Below are positions 47,621-50,057 of a stretch of 50,057 nt of DNA, one piece after another. Made by a program: the position numbers and the translations under genes. Source of the stretch: Bacillales bacterium UBA7057 (GTDB lineage: Bacteria; Bacillota_I; Bacilli_A; RF39; UBA660); the NCBI GenBank assembly GCA_002493865.1, contig DLAC01000039.1, forward strand, positions 1 to 50,057, given 5' to 3'. Each line of letters starts with the position of its first letter. Position 1 is the stretch's first letter. A model generated the notes under the pieces. The model saw only the letters and a program-made list of their open reading frames with translations. It did not search any database and was not told the origin of the DNA.

Positions 47621-48825
47621 TGTTTTTTCATAATTTTAAGTATTCATTAAAAACTCTTTTTCGAAATAAAATGTTAATATTTTGGACGTTTGCCTTTCCA
47701 ATTATATTAGGCACTTTATTTAATATGGCTTTTCAAGACATCGAAAAAGGAGAACAACTGGATATTATTGATATTGCAGTCGTTGACAACGAGCTGTTTC
47801 ATGATCCTTCATGTGTTTTATTTCGTGAGACTTTAGACACTTTAAGTGATGAAAATAGCGAGACTCAATTATTTCAAATTCAATATGTGACGGAAGAAGA
47901 AGCAAGTGAACTTTTATCTAAGAAAAAGATTACTGGTTATTTAGTGTTCCATGAGATTACAACTCCTCAGGTTGTTATTTATCAAAATGGGATTAATGAG
48001 ACGGTATTTCAGTCTGCGATTGAAGAAATCATTGAAACCAATCAAATCTTTCAGAATGTAGCTAGTCAGAAAATGCAAGAATTTGCTGAAAATCCGGAGG
48101 GTGTAAGTGGAGATTATAATTCTTGGTATCAAGAAATTTATCGCGGCATTGTAGAAAAATTGGAGAATCAGAATATTCAAATCCGAGATACCTCTAGTTC
48201 CAATCTCAGCTATACAATGATTGAATACTATACTTTAATTGCTATGACATGTTTATACGGTGGTATTTTAGGAATGACTAGTATCAATCAGTGTTTAGCT
48301 AATATGAGCCAAAACGGAAAACGAATTTCAGTTTCTCCACTTTCTAAAGGAAAACTTGTTTTAAGTAGTGCACTTGCAAGTTACATCACACAATTAGTTG
48401 GACTTCTTCTTTTGTTCCTTTATACCATTTTTGCAATTCATGTCGATTATGGAACCAATTTACCACTGATTGTACTATTATCTCTCGTTGGTTCTTTGGC
48501 AGGACTTTCTCTTGGTATTTTTGTAGCATCTATTTTTAAAACCAATGAAAATGCGAAAGTTGGTGTTATGATTTCATTTACGATGCTAGGTTGTGTTCTT
48601 GCTGGAATGATGGGAATTACCTTAAAGTACGTGGTAGATAAGAACGTACCAATTCTTAATAAAATTAATCCTGTCAATATGATTACAGATGGATTCTATG
48701 CATTATACTACTATGACACCTTAGATCGGTACTTTTTCAATGTCATCAGTCTATGCATATTTACGATTTTACTGATTGGAATTTCGGCATTTTGTTTAAG
48801 GAGGCAGAAGTATGACAGTATTTAA
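47620..48825 (+). CDS. ABC-2 type transporter permease
   Basis: N-terminal TM (FWTFAFPIILG), extracellular loop, five C-terminal TMs. Confidence 0.9.
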   Translation: MFFHNFKYSLKTLFRNKMLIFWTFAFPIILGTLFNMAFQDIEKGEQLDIIDIAVVDNELFHDPSCVLFRETLDTLSDENSETQLFQIQYVTEEEASELLSKKKITGYLVFHEITTPQVVIYQNGINETVFQSAIEEIIETNQIFQNVASQKMQEFAENPEGVSGDYNSWYQEIYRGIVEKLENQNIQIRDTSSSNLSYTMIEYYTLIAMTCLYGGILGMTSINQCLANMSQNGKRISVSPLSKGKLVLSSALASYITQLVGLLLLFLYTIFAIHVDYGTNLPLIVLLSLVGSLAGLSLGIFVASIFKTNENAKVGVMISFTMLGCVLAGMMGITLKYVVDKNVPILNKINPVNMITDGFYALYYYDTLDRYFFNVISLCIFTILLIGISAFCLRRQKYDSI

Positions 48826-49963
48826 AACGTTTCTAAAAGTGTTAAAGAGTTGTAAAGGAACAGTCATCCTTTATAGTGCGATTTTAATCTTCTTTGCCGT
48901 TTTTAATATGCAGGCAGGAGATAATTCTATGAATTTTGTTGCCGAAAAACCAGATTTATTGATTATTAATTACGATGAAAAAGAAGGAATAACTGCTTCT
49001 CTAGTTCACTATTTGGAAGAAAACAACAACATTGTTTCTATCAAAGAAAATGAAGATGCCATCAAAGATGCCTTATTCTACCGAGATATTAACTATGTTG
49101 TTACCATTCCAGAAAATTTCAGAACTGATTTTCTAGCCCATAAGAATCCTACGATTGAAGTTCAAAGTACAGGGGATTATCTGGCAAGCCTTTCAGAAAT
49201 GTATTTAGAAAGATATTTAAAATTTGCAAATATTTATAATGATACATTTTCATCTGAAAAAGAAATCATCCAAAATTTGGATCAGACATTCGAAAATAAA
49301 ACCGACGTTCAAGTGATGTCTAAATTAGATACAAATCATTTAGGGGAAGTAGCTTCTTACTACAATTTTGCGAATTATAGTATTCTAGCGGGATGTGTTT
49401 TTGTTATTTGTATGATTTTATTTAGTTTTCAGAAAGAAACCATTCGAAAACGAACAATTATCAGTAGTATGAATTATAAAAAATATAACCGACAATTACT
49501 TCTTTCTAACGGTTTATTTGCTTGCTTTTTATGGGCATTCTATGTACTTGTTAGTTTTGTTTTATTTGGTAGTTCTATCTTCACTACACATATTATTTTC
49601 TATATGCTAAATTCTTTTATCTTTACATTATGTGCTTTATCCATTGCTTTCTTGATTGGAACTTTAGTTCATAATCGTGAAGCCATTAATGGAATTGTCA
49701 ATGTCATCGCGCTTGGAACTAGTTTCTTATGTGGTGCTTTTGTACCCACCGAATATTTACCGGATTCTGTTTTAAACATTGCTCATGTTCTTCCTTCTTA
49801 TTGGTATATTAATACCAATGAAAGGCTAAAGACCATGGAAGTATTTAATTTTGAAAACTTAAAACCAATCTTCATCAATATGGGGGTCATTGTATTATTT
49901 ATTATCTTGTTTATTGTCTTAATTAATTTTATTTCTAGCAGGACGAGAAAGATAAATTCATAA
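48812..49963 (+). CDS. ABC-2 type transporter permease
   Basis: Same topology; SFLCGAFVP, LPSYW. Confidence 0.9.
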   Translation: MTVFKTFLKVLKSCKGTVILYSAILIFFAVFNMQAGDNSMNFVAEKPDLLIINYDEKEGITASLVHYLEENNNIVSIKENEDAIKDALFYRDINYVVTIPENFRTDFLAHKNPTIEVQSTGDYLASLSEMYLERYLKFANIYNDTFSSEKEIIQNLDQTFENKTDVQVMSKLDTNHLGEVASYYNFANYSILAGCVFVICMILFSFQKETIRKRTIISSMNYKKYNRQLLLSNGLFACFLWAFYVLVSFVLFGSSIFTTHIIFYMLNSFIFTLCALSIAFLIGTLVHNREAINGIVNVIALGTSFLCGAFVPTEYLPDSVLNIAHVLPSYWYINTNERLKTMEVFNFENLKPIFINMGVIVLFIILFIVLINFISSRTRKINS

Positions 49964-50057
49964 GTAAATCCTATAACCTTGAAGTTATTCAATTCATAAA
50001 AGCTCGTTTTATATTTATAAAATGAGTTTTTTCTTTTAATTTTTTTCTTTTCTTTTC

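Overview
AT-rich chromosomal segment of a walled, probably spore-forming Bacilli/Firmicute. It encodes two FemABX/MurM-type transferases and an alpha/beta SASP, and TGA is used as a stop codon; a reduced-genome gut lineage such as RF39 is a guess. A Bacillus-like backbone (trmB, ytxG/ytxH-like, T-box-tyrS, rpsD, nifZ/iscS-thiI-sspA, ackA, nrnA, engB) is interleaved with many orphan genes, and the window ends in LiaF/DUF4097-like genes and a TetR-ABC exporter. The main feature is a split NAD salvage supercluster of about 16 kb: orphan-pncA-pncB-degenerate Nudix-nadE, then prs-nadD-radical SAM-pncC/cinA-NT5C3-like HAD-nrtR-nadK. Both halves carry the same 25-bp palindrome (five copies), a candidate non-canonical NrtR operator. 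The cluster includes an unexpected TRAM-less methylthiotransferase-like radical SAM enzyme. Other leads: a candidate intragenic RpnS antitoxin start, a tandem duplication that copies the nadE 3' end, paired J-domain proteins, paired Cys-His-Asp/Glu proteins, a propionate-kinase-like ackA paralog, and a recurrent basic C-terminal tail (QK[T/K/S][I/L]G-like) on orphan proteins. All calls come from motif recognition by eye; no searches were run.
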